Part shown: one piece after another, positions 27,637 to 37,618 of the stretch
Numbering within the stretch: position 1 is the stretch's first letter
Layout of the letters: each line of letters opens with the position of its first letter
Origin: Porticoccaceae bacterium
Lineage (GTDB): Bacteria > Pseudomonadota > Gammaproteobacteria > Pseudomonadales > GM7GCV1
Assembly: GCA_038145405.1 (NCBI GenBank)
Contig: JAYQPQ010000004.1
Coordinates: forward strand, 1 to 51,761
Reading direction: 5' to 3'
Length of the DNA stretch: 51,761 bases
The notes under the pieces: model-generated
The model's database searches: none
What the model saw: only the letters and a program-made list of their open reading frames with translations
Told to the model about the DNA's origin: nothing
Position numbers and translations under genes: made by a program

Positions 27637-28269
27637 CTATTTCAGAACCAGATGTCCGAATTCGTCCTTGTAATCGGCCATGGCGGCAGAGATCACTTTC
27701 AGCGCCTGCTCGCGACCATAGACGTTGTCGACCTTAATATTGACGTCCTTGCCAGGAACCATTTTGTAGGTCTTGAAGTAGTGCTGCAGGCGCTCGGTCT
27801 TGATGTCGGGAAGATCCTTGATGTCGCGCACCTGCCCCCAGATGTTGTCGCCCTCGAGCACGGCAATAATCTTGTCGTCCGCCTCACCGCCGTCGATCAT
27901 CTGAATGCCACCGATGACTCGGGCGTTCAACAGGATAGGTGAACGCGTAATGGCCCGCTCGGAGTAGACACAGATATCCAGCGGATCGCCGTCGGCAACA
28001 TTGGCGTCGTCGCAGAGTTGGGCCACGCGCGGACCACAGTAAGTCTGCGGAATAAAGCCATAGAGAGCGGGTGGTTGCGAAGTCGTGCGTTGGGGACGGT
28101 CAACCATGAGAAAGCCAGTGAGTTTGTCGACCTCGTACTTGACCGAGTCAAAGGGCGTCATCTCGATGTAGGCGCGCACCAAGTCATCGATGGTCTTGCC
28201 GGGAGGAGCCGGCTCCAGGCCGTGCCAGGGATGCGGGCGCCAGGGCAAATATTCACCGGTATAGGTCAT
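27637..28269 (-). CDS. ppa: Family I inorganic pyrophosphatase
   Basis: HPWHG, KYEVDK, YGFIPQT, DGDPLD, DDKIIAV, FKTYK. Confidence 0.93.
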   Translation of the reverse strand: MTYTGEYLPWRPHPWHGLEPAPPGKTIDDLVRAYIEMTPFDSVKYEVDKLTGFLMVDRPQRTTSQPPALYGFIPQTYCGPRVAQLCDDANVADGDPLDICVYSERAITRSPILLNARVIGGIQMIDGGEADDKIIAVLEGDNIWGQVRDIKDLPDIKTERLQHYFKTYKMVPGKDVNIKVDNVYGREQALKVISAAMADYKDEFGHLVLK

Positions 28270-28380
28270 GGGGTCTCCTTGAACTGAGGATCAGGCCGTA
28301 AGTCTGCATCGGCCTGGGGACTGCGGAGCGCGGATTATACCGAAATTGGTGCAGCGTACCATGCCGCCGGGGCTAGAGGT

Positions 28381-29004
28381 TTAGGCTGCTGTGTGCAAGC
28401 CGCACTCGCGGCCGGTTTCCACCTTGGTCGGGTCGAAGTAGTGCCGGCAGGAAGGCAACTGATGGGCCGCCATGTAACCAGCCAACTGTGCATCGGACCA
28501 GTAGAAAATAGGGGCCACCTTGAGGATACCGCGGCCATCGCGGGACAGCACATCGAGCCCCTTGCGGAAGTCCGTGTCATCGCGACGAATACCGGAGATC
28601 CATAGGCGCGGCTTGAGTTCGTCGAGGGCCCGGTTAAAGGGATCGAGCTTGACGATGCGGGTGAATTTCTCGTGCTGGACGGCATCCTCCAGAGTGGGGA
28701 TGCCTCCCATTAATACATTGAGCCGCTCCGTCGTCATAGCTGGCACATAGATTTTCATGTTCAGATCGAGGCTTTCGATCAACTCCTGGACGACCAGGTA
28801 GGTGTCGCGCAGGTTATAGCCGGAATCGACCCACACGATGGGCGTACGAGGCGCCACCTTGTTGACCAAATGCAGCAGGGCCGCGGAATTGGGACCAAAG
28901 CTGGTGCTGGCAATTAGCGGGCCAGGCTGGCGCGCCGCCCAGGCAATAATGCCCTCGGCGGAGGCATCGCGAAGCTGGTCGTTAAGTTGATCAAGGTTTT
29001 CCAT
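28381..29004 (-). CDS. cysH: PAPS/APS reductase family protein
   Basis: STSFG, WVDSGY, WISGIRR, C-terminal ECGLH. Confidence 0.88.
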   Translation of the reverse strand: MENLDQLNDQLRDASAEGIIAWAARQPGPLIASTSFGPNSAALLHLVNKVAPRTPIVWVDSGYNLRDTYLVVQELIESLDLNMKIYVPAMTTERLNVLMGGIPTLEDAVQHEKFTRIVKLDPFNRALDELKPRLWISGIRRDDTDFRKGLDVLSRDGRGILKVAPIFYWSDAQLAGYMAAHQLPSCRHYFDPTKVETGRECGLHTAA

Positions 29005-29205
29005 GGTCGTCCATAAAACTGCCGGGAAGGTCCCGGCATGGGCGCCACTATAGGCAAGTCGCCATATAATTAGAAATACTAATAAATAATAAATTGGTAG
29101 ATTTTGGCTATTAAACAGAGGCCGGGTTAATTTGCTGTTTGTGCTATTGATTTTTTGCCGTCAAACGCAATCTAATCGGTGACCTTTCATCTGCGGAGGC
29201 ACACT

Positions 29206-30099
29206 GTGTTTCGAATTGGACTCTTCCTGCTGACCAACTTGGCCGTCATCATAATTGCCAGCCTGGTGCTGAGCCTGCTGGGTGTCGACAGCTACCTCGA
29301 ACAAAGCGGCAGTGGCCTCAATCTGCAGGCCCTACTGGTCTTCTGTGCGGTCTTCGGGTTCACCGGTTCACTGTTTTCCTTGCTTATCTCCAAGTGGATG
29401 GCCAAGCGCAGCACCGGCACACAAATTATCGATACACCGCGCACACCGGAAGAACGCTGGCTGGTGGAAACGGTGGCAGATCTAGCGCGCGAAGCCGGCA
29501 TCGGCATGCCCGAGGTCGGCATCTTCCCCGCCCAGCAGTCCAACGCCTTTGCCACAGGCTGGAACCGCAACAAGGCATTGGTAGCTGTTAGCGCCGGCCT
29601 GCTGCAGCGCTTTAACAAGGATGAGATTCGCGCCGTGCTCGGACATGAGATCGGTCACGTAGCCAACGGCGATATGATCACCCTTGCGCTGATCCAGGGC
29701 GTGGTAAATACCTTCGTCATGTTTTTCGCCCGCATCATCGGCTATGTCGTGGATCGCGTCATCCTGAAAAACGAGCGCGGTCACGGCATTGGCTTTTGGA
29801 TCACCACCATCTTCGCCGAAATGGTGCTCGGCATCCTGGCTTCCATGATTGTCTTCTGGTTTTCGCGTCAACGCGAGTTCCGCGCCGACCAAGCCGGCGC
29901 ACAATTAGCAGGTCGCGAGTCCATGATCAGCGCGCTGCAACGCCTGCAAATGGAAACCCAGGCTCACATCCCCAATCAGATGCCGGATACCCTGACTGCC
30001 TTTGGCATTTCAGGCGGGTTCAAGCAAAGCATGATGCGCGCCTTTATGACGCACCCGCCGCTGGAAACTCGCATCCAGGCTTTGCGCAGTCAGTTCTGA
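29206..30099 (+). CDS. htpX: Membrane zinc protease HtpX
   Basis: GTG start with GGAGG SD; [41 protein letters not shown]. Confidence 0.96.
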   Translation: MFRIGLFLLTNLAVIIIASLVLSLLGVDSYLEQSGSGLNLQALLVFCAVFGFTGSLFSLLISKWMAKRSTGTQIIDTPRTPEERWLVETVADLAREAGIGMPEVGIFPAQQSNAFATGWNRNKALVAVSAGLLQRFNKDEIRAVLGHEIGHVANGDMITLALIQGVVNTFVMFFARIIGYVVDRVILKNERGHGIGFWITTIFAEMVLGILASMIVFWFSRQREFRADQAGAQLAGRESMISALQRLQMETQAHIPNQMPDTLTAFGISGGFKQSMMRAFMTHPPLETRIQALRSQF

Positions 30100-30110
30100 T
30101 CGTTCTTGTA

Positions 30111-30140
30111 GCTCCGCCGTGATTTGGTTCACGGCGGGGC
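30111..30140 (+). terminator. GC-rich hairpin after htpX (possible terminator or stabiliser)
   Basis: GCTCCGCCGTGA/TCACGGCGGGGC 12-bp stem with one G.U pair; no U-tract follows. Confidence 0.45.
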
Positions 30141-30255
30141 AATCTCGTTAATTTTCTTTACTTTTTCCCCCTCGACAAAGCCGGCATCGCACTGCACCAT
30201 GGAAATGCGTTGTAACTCAATTCCACCCTCTCTCAGGATCGAGTAAAGCAGGCAA

Positions 30256-31179
30256 ATGATCAGAGCCGGAATGCAGGATGTCATGGGCATCACGCCTGAG
30301 TCCCTGCAGCGGGTAATCGAGCTCATTCCCGCGCCGGTCTTTGTCATTTCCTCCGATGGGATGCTGGCGGACTGCAACCGGGCCTTTCTTGATTTTTTCA
30401 GTCTCGATGAAACCGTCAAGGGCGGCGCAATTGCTGGCTTGCTTCCCGAAGTGCTGGTCGAGCACTTGACCGGAATCCCCGCCGATTTCACCGCACCCGC
30501 CTTTCTCAGCTTTGAAATGGAATTTACTGCGCCCGGCCATCGGGGTCATAAGACAGCCCGAATTCAACTCTGCCGCTATGGCGCAAGTGGTATGGAGGGC
30601 AGTGTCGGCATCGTCTTCGACGTCACCGAGGATACGCGTCGCGTCGATCGACTGCGCCAGCTTTCGATCCTGGACGAGCTGACGGCACTGCCCAACCGTC
30701 GCCACGGCCTGGAGCGCGTGCAGAACCTGCTGCAGCAGTCGCGTCGCAACGAGTTCAGTTTCGGCTTTCTCATCATCGATATCGACAACTTCAAATCCGT
30801 CAACGATTACGAGGGTCACCAGGCTGGCGATGTCGTGTTGCGGGATATCGCCGACATTATTCAGAAGCTTTGCCGCAGCTACGATCTGGCCTTCCGCTAC
30901 GGTGGTGACGAGATTATTGTCTGCCTGCCCAACACCAGGCTGGTCGCCACGACAGCCTTTGCCGAACGCATCCGCAACGCTGTCGCCTCACACCAGGTGC
31001 AGCTGCCTGACGGCACCCATATCCGAACTGTCAGCATTGGAATAGCCTGTTTCCCCGACCACGGGCAAACTCTGGAAGCATTGCTGGATGCCGCGGACGC
31101 CGCACTGCGCAGCGCCAAGCAGGGCGGACGCAATCAGGTTGTGGTGACCGAAGGCGCCGAACCGAGCTCTGGCTCGTGA
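30256..31179 (+). CDS. PAS-GGDEF diguanylate cyclase (GGDEI variant)
   Basis: PAS start IPAPVFVISSDG...CN; DELTALPNRR, IDIDNFKSVND..GH..GD, RSYD I-site, RYGGDEI. Confidence 0.9.
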   Translation: MIRAGMQDVMGITPESLQRVIELIPAPVFVISSDGMLADCNRAFLDFFSLDETVKGGAIAGLLPEVLVEHLTGIPADFTAPAFLSFEMEFTAPGHRGHKTARIQLCRYGASGMEGSVGIVFDVTEDTRRVDRLRQLSILDELTALPNRRHGLERVQNLLQQSRRNEFSFGFLIIDIDNFKSVNDYEGHQAGDVVLRDIADIIQKLCRSYDLAFRYGGDEIIVCLPNTRLVATTAFAERIRNAVASHQVQLPDGTHIRTVSIGIACFPDHGQTLEALLDAADAALRSAKQGGRNQVVVTEGAEPSSGS

Positions 31180-31511
31180 GCTCCGGTTCCGGGTGGGTCG
31201 AGGTCTGCAGGGTAGAAGATCTCCCCGAGACTTCGACCCGAGGCATCAGCCTCGGCACAAACGAAGTTATCCTGGTCAATTGGTTCGGCCAACTCTTTGC
31301 CTACCGCAACCACTGTCCCCACCTGGGCTGGCCCCTGAATTTCGAGACCGATCGCTTTTTCGATAGCGAACAGCGGTTTTTGCAGTGCAGCAATCACATG
31401 GCGCTGTTTGAAGTGGAAACCGGCCACTGTATCGCTGGCCCCTGCAGCGGCCAGCAACTTGAAACCGTTCCGCTACAGGTCATCGAGGGCAGAGTTTGCC
31501 TGCACCTCTAA
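31176..31511 (+). CDS. Rieske [2Fe-2S] ferredoxin
   Basis: CPH...CSNH Rieske ligands, GHCIAGPC; GTGA overlap with the cyclase stop. Confidence 0.9.
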   Translation: MSSGSGWVEVCRVEDLPETSTRGISLGTNEVILVNWFGQLFAYRNHCPHLGWPLNFETDRFFDSEQRFLQCSNHMALFEVETGHCIAGPCSGQQLETVPLQVIEGRVCLHL

Positions 31512-31543
31512 GATCGGATCGACCGGAGAGAAAACCGGCTTAA

Positions 31544-31684
31544 CAGGGTGTGTCAGAACGTCGCGAGCGGAGGCGGGACAAGGCGGAAATTCGCGAAAAA
31601 GCGGAGCGTACACAGGCGTACATGAGCATTTTGAGCGGATTTCCAACGCATTATCGTCGAGCGCAGCAGTTATGACACAGCCTG
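31544..31684. mobile_element. 141-bp MITE-like palindromic element
   Basis: Terminal inverted repeats CAGGGTGTGTCAGAAC / GTTATGACACAGCCTG (14/16 match); nested internal stems GGAAATTCGC/GCGGATTTCC and GTAC/GTAC; lies between convergent genes. Confidence 0.7.
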
Positions 31685-31685
31685 G

Positions 31686-32246
31686 TCAGGTTGACTTCCA
31701 TTTGATGCTGCAGCCAGAGCTGGGATACTGGGCAGTACTGACCGTCCTGCCGGCAAGCACTGCATCCAGCGCGGCACGCAGATCGGCACCGTCAACGGGC
31801 TGCTGATTGGAGGGCCGCGAGCCGTCCATCTGGCCGCGATAGGCCAGCTTCAGTTGGTCGTTGAACAGATAGAAATCCGGCGTGCACGCGGCCGCGTAGG
31901 CCTTCGCCACCTCCTGGGTTTCATCGTACAGATAGGGAAAGCTGAAGCCGTGCTGCTCGGCAAACCTGGCCATCTTGGCGGAGCCGTCTTCGGGATAGCT
32001 GGCCGCATCATTGCTGCTGATAGCCACCACGCCCAAACCCTTGGGTTGATAGGCTTTGACCAGATCCACCAGGCCATCGATGACATGGATGACAAAGGGG
32101 CAGTGGTTGCAGATAAACACCACCAGGGTGGCCTGCTTTCCGCGCAGGGCATCGAGCGCGAGCGTTTTACCGGTGAGGGGTTCGGGCAGGCTGAAATCCG
32201 GTGCCGATACACCCAGCTCCAACATCTTTGATTCAGTCACTGCCAT
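31686..32246 (-). CDS. Thioredoxin-fold peroxiredoxin-like (AhpC/TSA family) protein
   Basis: APDFSL, FICNHCPFV, ISSND..YPED, AACTPDF, GCSIKWK. Confidence 0.92.
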   Translation of the reverse strand: MAVTESKMLELGVSAPDFSLPEPLTGKTLALDALRGKQATLVVFICNHCPFVIHVIDGLVDLVKAYQPKGLGVVAISSNDAASYPEDGSAKMARFAEQHGFSFPYLYDETQEVAKAYAAACTPDFYLFNDQLKLAYRGQMDGSRPSNQQPVDGADLRAALDAVLAGRTVSTAQYPSSGCSIKWKST

Positions 32247-32305
32247 TGCGGTTCTCCAGTATTGCAGAAGGGGAATTTTATCATTGGCAGCCGGGTATTT
32301 TTTGC

Positions 32306-32776
32306 TTAACGACGGCCGGCTGCAGTCCGGCTAAGGTCCTTGCGATAGACCCAGGCATCGCCGCCGTCCTCGTAGAAACCCGGTCGCGAGGCGACGCGTC
32401 GAAATCCCAGCGATTCGTAGAGCACTACGGCGGCAGTGTTGGTGGTTGCCACCTCCAGTTGCAAGCTGGTCTTGCCATGCTCCAGTGCCAGCGGGGTCAG
32501 CGCTTCCAACAGTCTGCGTCCCACGCCCTTTCCGCGCTGGCTGCTGTCCACGGCGAGCGAATAGATACGCGCCCGGGCACTATTGCGCCGCATCAGCATC
32601 AGGCTGTATCCCACCAACCTGCCCTCGATAAAGGCACCGTGACCATCCGCGGTGGCGCTGTGAATAAAGCGCCGAAAACTGCGTGGCGACAGCAGATCGG
32701 ACGTAAAGCTGGCCTGCTCCAAGCGGGTCAAATCGGCAACCTGGCATGCCCCTAATGGCCTTAGTTCAAGCTTCAT
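32306..32776 (-). CDS. RimI-like GNAT acetyltransferase
   Basis: RIYSLAVD..QRGKGVG acetyl-CoA motif, LEV..N..A..LYE.LGF, YEDG.DA. Confidence 0.9.
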   Translation of the reverse strand: MKLELRPLGACQVADLTRLEQASFTSDLLSPRSFRRFIHSATADGHGAFIEGRLVGYSLMLMRRNSARARIYSLAVDSSQRGKGVGRRLLEALTPLALEHGKTSLQLEVATTNTAAVVLYESLGFRRVASRPGFYEDGGDAWVYRKDLSRTAAGRR

Positions 32777-32857
32777 GAAAAAATTTTCGCGCTGCTAGCA
32801 AAGAAAGATTATCATCGGCGCGCATCATACAAGTAAAAAGGAAAACCTCTTTCCTGC

Positions 32858-34336
32858 ATGTCCCAGCTTTACATCGTCGTCGACAGCAAGGAGGACTGGG
32901 CGCCGTACCAGCCCTCCGATAACCTGATAACGGCCGCCGACTACCTGGAAATTTCCAGTCCACCTGGAGTCAAAACCCGGGTCATTAACCTCTGCAAGGA
33001 AAGCTGGCACTACCTGAGCAAGGGCTACTACGTATCTCTGCTGGCAGAGGCGCGCGGTCACAGCACTATTCCCACAGTCATGACTCTCACTGCTCTATCC
33101 GACGCCAATCCGCGCGAAGTGGCGTTGAAGACCGTCGACGATCGCATTGTGCGCCAGGCCAAGCGTATCGCGCAGAACGGCGAGGCGCAGCTGGAAGTCG
33201 ATATCTTCTTCGGCCGCCCCATGCGGGCCGGTTTCGAAGCTGTGGCTCGATTGCTTTTTGAAATGATGCCCTATCCCCTGCTGCGTGCGCATTTCAAATT
33301 CGACGGCTACTGGAAGTTGAAGGAAGTTGCGCCGCTGTCGCTGAACCAGTTGAACGACGCCTCGCAGACAGCCTTCGCCGATGCCCTGGACGCGCACAGC
33401 AAAAAAATCTGGCGCGTGCCCAAGCAAAAGCGGCCGGCACGCTTCGATATGGCCATCCTGCACGATCCCGATGAAAAGTTGCCGCCGAGCGACCGCAAGG
33501 CGCTGGAGAAATTTATCCAGGCCGGCCGCAAAAAGAACGTGGATGTCGAACTGATCACGCCCAAATCGATCAACCGCCTGAGCGAATTCGACATGCTGTT
33601 TATTCGCCAAACCACGGCCATCAACCACGTGACCTTTGACTTCGCCACGCGGGCCTGGGAAGAGGGGCTGGTGGTGATCGACGATCCGGTTTCCATCGTT
33701 CGCTGCACCAACAAGCTGTTCCTGATGGAACTGTTCACGCGGCATCGCGTGCCCATCCCTCACAGCCGATTGATCCACCGCGACTCGCCCGAGTCGCTGG
33801 CGCAGGCTGGCGAAGAACTGGGCTATCCGCTGGTAGTGAAAATTCCAGATGGATCTTTTTCCCGCGGCATCGTCAAAATCGAATCGCCCGAGCAGCTCCA
33901 CCTGGCCGACGCCCTGTTCGAGCAATCCGAACTTCTCCTGGCGCAGGAGTACATCTACACCAGCTTTGACTGGCGCATCGGCGTGCTCAATGGCAAGCCG
34001 CTATACGCTTGCCAGTACTTCATGGCACGCAACCACTGGCAGATTTATTACCACGATGGTGGGGCAGCGACCTCTGGCGGTTTCAAGACCCTGGCCACCT
34101 ATGAGGCACCCAAGGCCGTGGTGCAGGCAGCGGTCAAGGCAGCCAGCCTGATCGGCAACGGCCTTTACGGAGTGGACCTCAAGCAGCTCAACGACCGCGT
34201 GGTAGTCATCGAGGTCAACGATAATCCCAGTATTGATGCCGGTGTAGAAGACGCCTTTATCAAGGATGAACTCTATTCCATCATCATCGAAGAGTTCATT
34301 GCCCGCGCCGAAGAGCAGCTGGAAGAAGACATCTAG
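32858..34336 (+). CDS. RimK-like ATP-grasp ligase with N-terminal RLAN domain
   Basis: VINLC...YLSKGYYVSLLAEARGH (RLAN); KIPDGSFSRG, QEY...FDWRIGVL, YGVDLK, IEVNDNP. Confidence 0.9.
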   Translation: MSQLYIVVDSKEDWAPYQPSDNLITAADYLEISSPPGVKTRVINLCKESWHYLSKGYYVSLLAEARGHSTIPTVMTLTALSDANPREVALKTVDDRIVRQAKRIAQNGEAQLEVDIFFGRPMRAGFEAVARLLFEMMPYPLLRAHFKFDGYWKLKEVAPLSLNQLNDASQTAFADALDAHSKKIWRVPKQKRPARFDMAILHDPDEKLPPSDRKALEKFIQAGRKKNVDVELITPKSINRLSEFDMLFIRQTTAINHVTFDFATRAWEEGLVVIDDPVSIVRCTNKLFLMELFTRHRVPIPHSRLIHRDSPESLAQAGEELGYPLVVKIPDGSFSRGIVKIESPEQLHLADALFEQSELLLAQEYIYTSFDWRIGVLNGKPLYACQYFMARNHWQIYYHDGGAATSGGFKTLATYEAPKAVVQAAVKAASLIGNGLYGVDLKQLNDRVVVIEVNDNPSIDAGVEDAFIKDELYSIIIEEFIARAEEQLEEDI

Positions 34337-35076
34337 TTCAGCAGCTGATAGGCCAGACTCACCAGACTCAGCCCCAGCAGTACCAGTCCCATCCAGCGAT
34401 AAAAGACCGGCGATTGCAGCGCCAGAATGCGGCGGTGCAAGCGCAGGCCCATGAGGTGGCCGACCAGCGCGCAGGGCAGCAACCACAGCTGATGGCGTAA
34501 CTGCAGATCAATCTCATAGTAAGCCAGAGTCGCCAGCTTGATGGCGCAGCAGATAAACCAGAGCACAAAAAGCGTTGCGCGCAGCTGGTGACGATCCAGC
34601 AGGCGCAGACTCACCGCGGCAATGATTGGTGCACCAGCCAGCGACAAGCCCGACACATAGCCGCCAAACAGCAGGATAGGCAGATCAACCCACCAGTTCT
34701 GGTGAGCGCTGGTGTGGAAGTTGAAAATATAGAACAGCGAATAGCTGATGATGACCAGGTAGACCACCGCCAGCAGAAACCACTCGGGAAAATTGATCAG
34801 TCCGAACACGCCGAGCATGAAGGTCGGCAGAATGATCGCCATCAGCAGGCCCAGCACGCGCCAGTTGATCTTGCCGTGATCCTGAATCAGCGTTGCGGAC
34901 GAAAAGATCATCAACTGTACGCAGATGATCGGCACCAGAAACACCACGGAATCCACCGCTAGCAACGCCACCGGATACATCAATCCGGCGCCGCCAAAAC
35001 CGAGGCCGGCGCGCACCAGGCCAGACCACCAGAAGGCAATGGCCAGCACGATTATGCTGTAGAGCGTGAATTCCAT
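34333..35076 (-). CDS. TauE/SafE (TSUP) family transporter
   Basis: GLVRAGLGFGGAG motif, about 8 hydrophobic segments, 247 aa. Confidence 0.85.
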   Translation of the reverse strand: MEFTLYSIIVLAIAFWWSGLVRAGLGFGGAGLMYPVALLAVDSVVFLVPIICVQLMIFSSATLIQDHGKINWRVLGLLMAIILPTFMLGVFGLINFPEWFLLAVVYLVIISYSLFYIFNFHTSAHQNWWVDLPILLFGGYVSGLSLAGAPIIAAVSLRLLDRHQLRATLFVLWFICCAIKLATLAYYEIDLQLRHQLWLLPCALVGHLMGLRLHRRILALQSPVFYRWMGLVLLGLSLVSLAYQLLN

Positions 35077-35111
35077 GAGGTTGCAGTTCCGCCGAATGGC
35101 GGCAATGGCCG

Positions 35112-35780
35112 CTATTCGGCTTCGAGCTCGTCTCGCATACGCTGAATTACATCCGCGTAGTCCGGCTGACTGAAAATGGCGGAGCCGGCGACAAAGGTAT
35201 CAGCACCGGCACGCGCCACTTCGGCAATATTGTCCACCGTGATGCCGCCATCCACCTGCAGGCGAATATCCAGACCGGATTCCTCAATCAGCTCGCGAGC
35301 CAACTCCAGCTTGTAGATAGTCTCGGGAATAAAGCGCTGACCGCCAAAGCCGGGGTTAACCGACATCAGCAGCAGGATATCCAACTTTTCCAACACGTGT
35401 TCCACCAAACTCAAGCTGGATGCCGGGTTGAGCACCAGGCCGGTCTTTACGCCCAGATCGCGCGCCAACTGCAGCGAGCGGTCGACGTGGCGCGTCGCCT
35501 CGGGGTGGAAGGTAATGCTGGAAGCGCCGGCCTCGGCAAACATACGAATGCATTCGTCGACCGGCTCCACCATCAGATGCACGTCGATCGGCGCATCGAT
35601 GCCATAGTTGCGCAGGGCGCGGCACACCATTGGGCCGATGGTGAGATTGGGTACGTAGTGGTTGTCCATCACATCGAAGTGAATCCAATCGGCACCCGCC
35701 TCGAGCACGGCAATCACCTCATCGCCCAAACGGGCAAAGTCGGCGGAAAGAATGGAGGGTGCGATGATGAAATCAGACAT
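35112..35780 (-). CDS. rpe: Ribulose-phosphate 3-epimerase
   Basis: [43 protein letters not shown]. Confidence 0.97.
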   Translation of the reverse strand: MSDFIIAPSILSADFARLGDEVIAVLEAGADWIHFDVMDNHYVPNLTIGPMVCRALRNYGIDAPIDVHLMVEPVDECIRMFAEAGASSITFHPEATRHVDRSLQLARDLGVKTGLVLNPASSLSLVEHVLEKLDILLLMSVNPGFGGQRFIPETIYKLELARELIEESGLDIRLQVDGGITVDNIAEVARAGADTFVAGSAIFSQPDYADVIQRMRDELEAE

Positions 35781-35857
35781 GGTGACAACCCCGGTTTAGT
35801 TGCTGGCAGATTACCCGGCCCACCGGGCGACTTCAAACACTCATTGCAGCTCGCTGG

Positions 35858-36541
35858 TCACCCCGCCAGATAATACTGCAATTCCTGCAGGCGTTGCGGC
35901 GTGCCCACGTCGGTCCAGTGTCCCTGCAGCAGCGCGCCGCGCACCCTGCCTTGGCCGATCGCCTGAGCCAGGGGTTGTATGAGCGGGAAAATGGGTGCTG
36001 GAGCTTCCCACTGCGCTACCCAAGACGGGTCGATCAGGCCAATTCCACTGTAGGTGAGGTCGCGCATGCCCAGGCCGCGCGGTCGCAACCATCCTTGCGC
36101 ATCCAGACCAAAATCCCCAGCCGGATGAAATTCCGGATTGGGTACCATCATCAGTTGCGCCAGAGCACCTTGCAGATCGGTTTCAGTCAGCCATTGGTAG
36201 GAAAGGTCGGTCCAGCAATCGGCACTGACCAGCGCAAAGGGCTGCTCAGTGCCCAGCAAGGGTAGTGCCGCACGAATGCCGCCGCCGGTATCCAGCAGCT
36301 CGGGCTCAAAGGACCAGCGAATCGCCACGTCCAGATCGCGGCCGTCGCCAAGCCGGGCCTGCAATAACTCGCCCAACCAATGGCAGTTGATGACCAGCTC
36401 ACCGATGCCCGCATCGCGAAGCTTCTCGATATGCCACTGAATCAGGGGTTTGCCCGCCACTTCCACCAGAGGTTTGGGCAGATGATCGGTGAGGGGCCGC
36501 AGGCGCTTACCCAAACCGGCAGCGAGCAGAAAAGCCTTCAC
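35858..36541 (-). CDS. murU: N-acetylmuramate alpha-1-phosphate uridylyltransferase
   Basis: LAAGLGKRLRPLT..PKPL, TGGGI, WTDVGTP; directly downstream of amgK. Confidence 0.88.
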   Translation of the reverse strand: MKAFLLAAGLGKRLRPLTDHLPKPLVEVAGKPLIQWHIEKLRDAGIGELVINCHWLGELLQARLGDGRDLDVAIRWSFEPELLDTGGGIRAALPLLGTEQPFALVSADCWTDLSYQWLTETDLQGALAQLMMVPNPEFHPAGDFGLDAQGWLRPRGLGMRDLTYSGIGLIDPSWVAQWEAPAPIFPLIQPLAQAIGQGRVRGALLQGHWTDVGTPQRLQELQYYLAG

Positions 36542-36550
36542 CCGGACCAA

Positions 36551-37618
36551 CTACCAGAGAGTCTTGTCATCACCCGCCTGCCTCCAGCCCCGATACCAGT
36601 CCTGCTGTTGAGCGAGCGGTACCAGCTTGTTCTGCATCCAGTCGGCGAAGTCGCGGGTCTGCTCGAGCTGACCGGCAACCTCCAGCACATAACGCATCAC
36701 CAGAGGCAGATCGGCCAGATAACCCGGCTTGCCGTCGCGCAACCAGAGCCGGGAAAAAATGCCCAGCACCTTGATGTGGCGCTGCAGGCCCATGGCGTCA
36801 AAATTCCTGTGCAGGCCGGGAATGGTATGCTCGAGAATCACGCCCTGATCGGCCAGACGGGCCAGATAGCTTTCCAGCTCTGCTTCGACACGTGCCGGCT
36901 GCCAGCGGACATAACAGTCGCGCATCAGGGATACCAGGTCGTAAGTTACCGGCCCCCAAACTGCATCCTGAAAATCGATAACGCCAGGGCAATTGTCCGC
37001 TGTCAGAATCAGGTTGCGGCAATGGTAGTCGCGGTGGACCAACACCTGCGGCTGATCCAGAGCCATCTGAATCAGCCAATCAAATACCTGATTGATCTGC
37101 TCTTCTTCCTCGACGCTCAGCGGATAGCCGAGTAACTGCTCGACAAACCAGGTGGGGAACAGGCTCATTTCCTGGCGCAACTGGGCCTCGCCGTACAACG
37201 GCAGCCAGGCCGGTCGCTCCGCGCAACACTGCATCTTGAGCAGGGCATCCAGTGCCCGCGCGTAGAGCGCAGCGGTATTCTCCGCGCTGAGGCCATCCTG
37301 GTAGCTGTTCTCGCCCAGATTCTCGACCAGCAGCAAGCCCTGGTGCAGGTTGGCGGCAAATACGGTGGGGCTGTGCACTCCCAGACTGCGCAGCAGATCG
37401 GCAATGCGCACGAAGGCCAGGCTGTCCTCTGTTTCGGGCGGGGCGTCGACACCCAGCACCTCGGGGCAGGACTGCCAGCGATAGTAGCGGCGGAAGCCGG
37501 CATCGCCTGGCAGCGGGCTGGGATTTTCCTGGATATCGACAACGAGAGATTGGGGCAAATACTGGCTGGCGAACTCGCTCAGCTGGACCTGTCGCAGGGA
37601 TTCCGATGCATTTGCCAT
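36551..37618 (-). CDS. amgK: Anomeric MurNAc/GlcNAc kinase (APH-like phosphotransferase)
   Basis: GDAGFRRYYR, HRDYHCRNL, IDFQDA, YDLVSL.RDCY, QRHIKVLGIF; divergent from lptD. Confidence 0.9.
   Translation of the reverse strand: MANASESLRQVQLSEFASQYLPQSLVVDIQENPSPLPGDAGFRRYYRWQSCPEVLGVDAPPETEDSLAFVRIADLLRSLGVHSPTVFAANLHQGLLLVENLGENSYQDGLSAENTAALYARALDALLKMQCCAERPAWLPLYGEAQLRQEMSLFPTWFVEQLLGYPLSVEEEEQINQVFDWLIQMALDQPQVLVHRDYHCRNLILTADNCPGVIDFQDAVWGPVTYDLVSLMRDCYVRWQPARVEAELESYLARLADQGVILEHTIPGLHRNFDAMGLQRHIKVLGIFSRLWLRDGKPGYLADLPLVMRYVLEVAGQLEQTRDFADWMQNKLVPLAQQQDWYRGWRQAGDDKTLW

Noticed and set aside
29145-29175. Sigma32 promoter upstream of htpX
   Set aside because: TTGATT...CGCAATCT is only a loose match to CTTGAA...CCCCATNT; too weak to call.
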